In this document: in pieces, positions 60,828 through 64,000 of the stretch
How positions within the stretch are numbered: position 1 is the first letter of the stretch
Layout: every line of letters begins with the position of its first letter
Assembly: GCF_009914755.1 (NCBI RefSeq)
Contig: NC_060936.1
Direction: 5' to 3' (one strand)
From: the human T2T-CHM13v2.0 reference genome, Homo sapiens
Length of the DNA: 64,000 nucleotides
Program-made: the position numbers and the translations under genes
The notes under the pieces: generated by a model
The model's input: the letters and a program-made list of their open reading frames with translations, nothing else
Databases searched by the model: none
What the model was told of the DNA's origin: nothing

Positions 60828-63800
60828 ATTTTAACTTTTATTTTAGGTGCAGGATTTCATGTGCAGGTTATATAGGTAAACTTGTGTCATGGGGGTTTGG
60901 TGTACAGAATGTTTCATCACCCAGGTACTAAGTTTAGTACCAGATAGTTTTTTTTTTCCTTATGCTCTCCTTCCTCCCATCCTCCACCCTCAAATAGGCC
61001 CCAGTATCTGTTGTTCCCTTTTTTGTGTCACTATGTCCTTATTATTTAGCTCCCATTTGTAAGTGAGAACATGTGGTATTTGGTTTCTGTTCCTGTGTTC
61101 ATTTACTAAGGATAATGGCCTCTAGCTTCATCTATGTTCCTGCAAAAGACATAATCTTGCTCTTTTTTGTGGCTGCATAGTATTCCATGGAGTATATGTA
61201 CATATTTTCATTATCCAGTCTACCATTGATGAGCATTTAGGTTGGCTCCATGTCTTTGTTATTGTGAATAGTGCTGCAATGAACATACATATTAATATGT
61301 CTTTAGGAATGATTTATATTCCTTTGGGTATATATCCAGTATTGAGATTGCTGTATTAAGTGGTAGTTTTGTTTTTAGGTATTGGAGGAATTGTCATGCT
61401 TCTTTCCACAATGGTTGAACTAATTTACACTCCAACCAATAGTGTATAAGTGTTTACTTTTTTTGGCAACCTCGCTAGTATCTGTTGTTTTTTGACTTTT
61501 AATAGTAGCCATTCTGACTCATGTGAAATGGTATCTCATGGTGGCTTTAACTTGCATTTCTCTAATGAGCAGTGATACTGAGCTTTTTTCATGTTTCCTG
61601 CCCACATATGTTTTCTTTTATAAAGTATCTGTTCATGTCCTTTATTCATTTTTTAATTTTTTTGCTTATAAATTTGTTTAAGTTAGACTTTTGTCAGATT
61701 CATAATTTGCAAGTATTTTCTCCCATTCTAGAGACTGTTTACTCTGTTGATAGTCTCTTTTGCTTTGCAAAAGCTCTTTAGTTTAATTAGATCCCATTTG
61801 TCATTTTTGCTTTTGTTGCAATTGCTTGTGGTGTTTTTGACGTGAAATCATTGCCATTTTCTATGTCCAGAACAGTATTTCTTAGGTTGTATCCCAAAAG
61901 TTTTATACATTTGGGTTTTACATTTAAGTCTTTAATCCATCTTGAGTTGATTTTTGTACATGGTGTAAGGAAAGGAAACTTTCTCTTTTTTTTATTTATA
62001 CTTTACTTTCTAGGGTACATGTGCACAACAGGCTGGTTTGATACATAGGTATACATGTGCCATGTCAGTTTGCTGCACCCATCGACTCATCATTTACATT
62101 AGGTATTTCTCCTAATGCTATCCCTCCACCAGGCCGCCACCCCCCGACAGGCCCCAGTGTGTGATGTTCCCCTCCCTGTGTTCAAGTGACCTCATTGTTC
62201 AGTTCCCACCTATGAGCCAGAACATGCAGTGTTTGGTTTTCTGTCCTTGTTATAGTTTGCTGAGAATGATGGTTTCCAGCTTCATCCATGTCCCTGCAAA
62301 CATATGAACTCATCCTTTTTAATGGCTCCATAGTATTCCATGGTGTATATGTGCACATTTTCTTTATCCAGTCTATCATAGATGGACATTTGGGTTGGTT
62401 CCAAGTCTTTGCTATTGTGAATAGTGCCACAATAAACATATGTGTGCGTGTGTCTTTATAGTAGCATGATTTATAATCCTTTGTGTATATACCCAGGATT
62501 GCTGGGTCAAATGGTAATTCTAGTTCTATATCCTTGAGGAATTGCCACACTGTCTTCCACAATGGTTGAACTAATTTACACTCCCACCAACAGTGTAAAA
62601 GCATTCCTATTTCTCCACATCCTTAAGGAAAGAAAACTTTCAAATGCAGAACTTTCAATCTTCTGCATAAGACTAGCAAGTTATCCTAGCACCATTTATT
62701 GAATAAAATGTCCTTTTCCCATTGCCAGTTTTGCCAAAAATCAGATTGCTGTAGGTAGGAGACCTTTTTTTGGGGCTCTCCATTCTGTTCCATGGGTCTG
62801 TGTGTCTGCTTTTGTTCCAGTACAATGCTATTTTGATTACTGTAGCCCCTTAGTATAGTTTGAAGTCGAGTGGCATGATGTCTCCAGATTTGTTCTCTTT
62901 GCTTAGAATTGCCTTGGCTATTTGGGCTCTTGATTACATGAATTTTAAAATAGTTTTTTTTTCTAATACTGTAAAGAATGAATGTCATTGGTAGTTTGAT
63001 AGGAATAGCAATTTAATCTGTAAATTGCTTTTGGCAGTACGACCATTTTAACGATATTGATTCTCCCTATCCATGAGCATGGAATATTTTTCCATTTGTT
63101 TACATTATCTCTGATTTCCCTGAGCAGTGTTTTATGGTTCTCATTGTAGAGATCTTTCACCTTTCTTGTAGCTATAGTTCTAAGCATTTTATTTTATTTG
63201 TGGCAATTGTAAATGAGATTGCATTTCTGATTTGGCTCATGGCTAGGCTGTTGTTTGTATATAGAAATGTGAAAATTTTTGTACATTGATATTGCATCTG
63301 AAACTTTGCTGAAGTTGTTTATCTGCTTAAGGAGCTGTTGGGCAGAGACTATGGGGTTTTCTAGATGTAGAATCATGTCATCAGCAAATAGGAATATTTC
63401 GACTTCCTCTCTTCCTATTTGGGTGCCCTTTATTTCTTTCTCTTGCCTGATTGCTCTGGCCAGGACTTTCGATAGTATTAAAATATGTCAAACAGAAGGA
63501 GAGGGCATCCTTGTCTTGTGCTGGTTTTCAAGGAGAATGCTTCTAGCTTTTGCCCATTCAGTATAATGTTGGCCATGGGTTTTTCATAGATGACCCTTTT
63601 AATCATGAGGTACATTCCTTTAATACCTAGTTTGTTGAGAGTTTTTAACATTTTGAATTTTATCAAAAGACTTTCCTGCATCTATTGATATAATCATGTG
63701 GTTTTTGTCTTTAGTTCTCTTTATGTGATGAATCACATTTATTGATTTGTGTATGTTGAAGCAACCTTACATTGCAGGGATAAAACCTACTTGATTGTGG

Positions 63801-64000
63801 TGGATTAGCTTTTTAATGTGCTGCTGGATTTGATTTTCTAGTACATTTTTTAGGATTTTTGCATCAATGTTCATCAAGGGTATTGCCCTGAAGTTTTTTG
63901 TTGTTGTTGCTGTGTCTCTGACAGGTTTTGGTATCAGGATGATGTTAGACTCATAGAATGAGTTGGGGGGATTCCCTCCTTCTCAAATTTTTGGAATAGT
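60828..64000 (-). mobile_element. L1PA15/16-type element (3'UTR and ORF2), runs off the window
   Basis: Degenerate ORF2 ORFs at 62686-63681; 3'UTR at 60830-61100. Confidence 0.85.
61983..62623 (-). mobile_element. L1PA6/7-type 3' fragment nested in the older L1
   Basis: TSD TAAGGAAAG(G/A)AAACTTT at 61966-61982 and 62624-62640. Confidence 0.9.

Overview
Human (or closely related great-ape) genomic DNA. It is AT-rich and dominated by retroelements; no intact cellular gene was found. (1) A full-length L1HS (Ta, Ta-0 diagnostics) lies on the minus strand at 7724-13760. ORF1 and ORF2 are open, but ORF2 carries substitutions at the endonuclease catalytic Asp145 and in the RT FADD motif. The insertion has a 14-bp TSD, a ~284-bp 3' transduction, and a 7-nt 5' transduction plus a probable cap-derived G that together preserve part of the parent element's TSD. 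(2) Between the repeats, and absent from the ORF track, are eight dispersed minus-strand exons (~20883-56045). They correspond in order, size and phase to exons 6-8 and 11-15 of fatty acid amide hydrolase (FAAH) / vitamin D3 hydroxylase-associated protein (VDHAP)-type amidases. They carry stops, frameshifts and broken splice sites, indicating an unprocessed, possibly unitary, FAAH-paralogue pseudogene. (3) Several older L1 insertions have unusual junctions: twin-priming inversions, a fold-back duplication with a triplicated TSD, a mini-insertion combining transduction, deletion and inversion, and TSD-less captures. There is also a nested MST/THE1 provirus and an AT-rich quasi-palindrome. Repeat subfamily names and FAAH comparisons come from recalled consensus sequences and were not computed.
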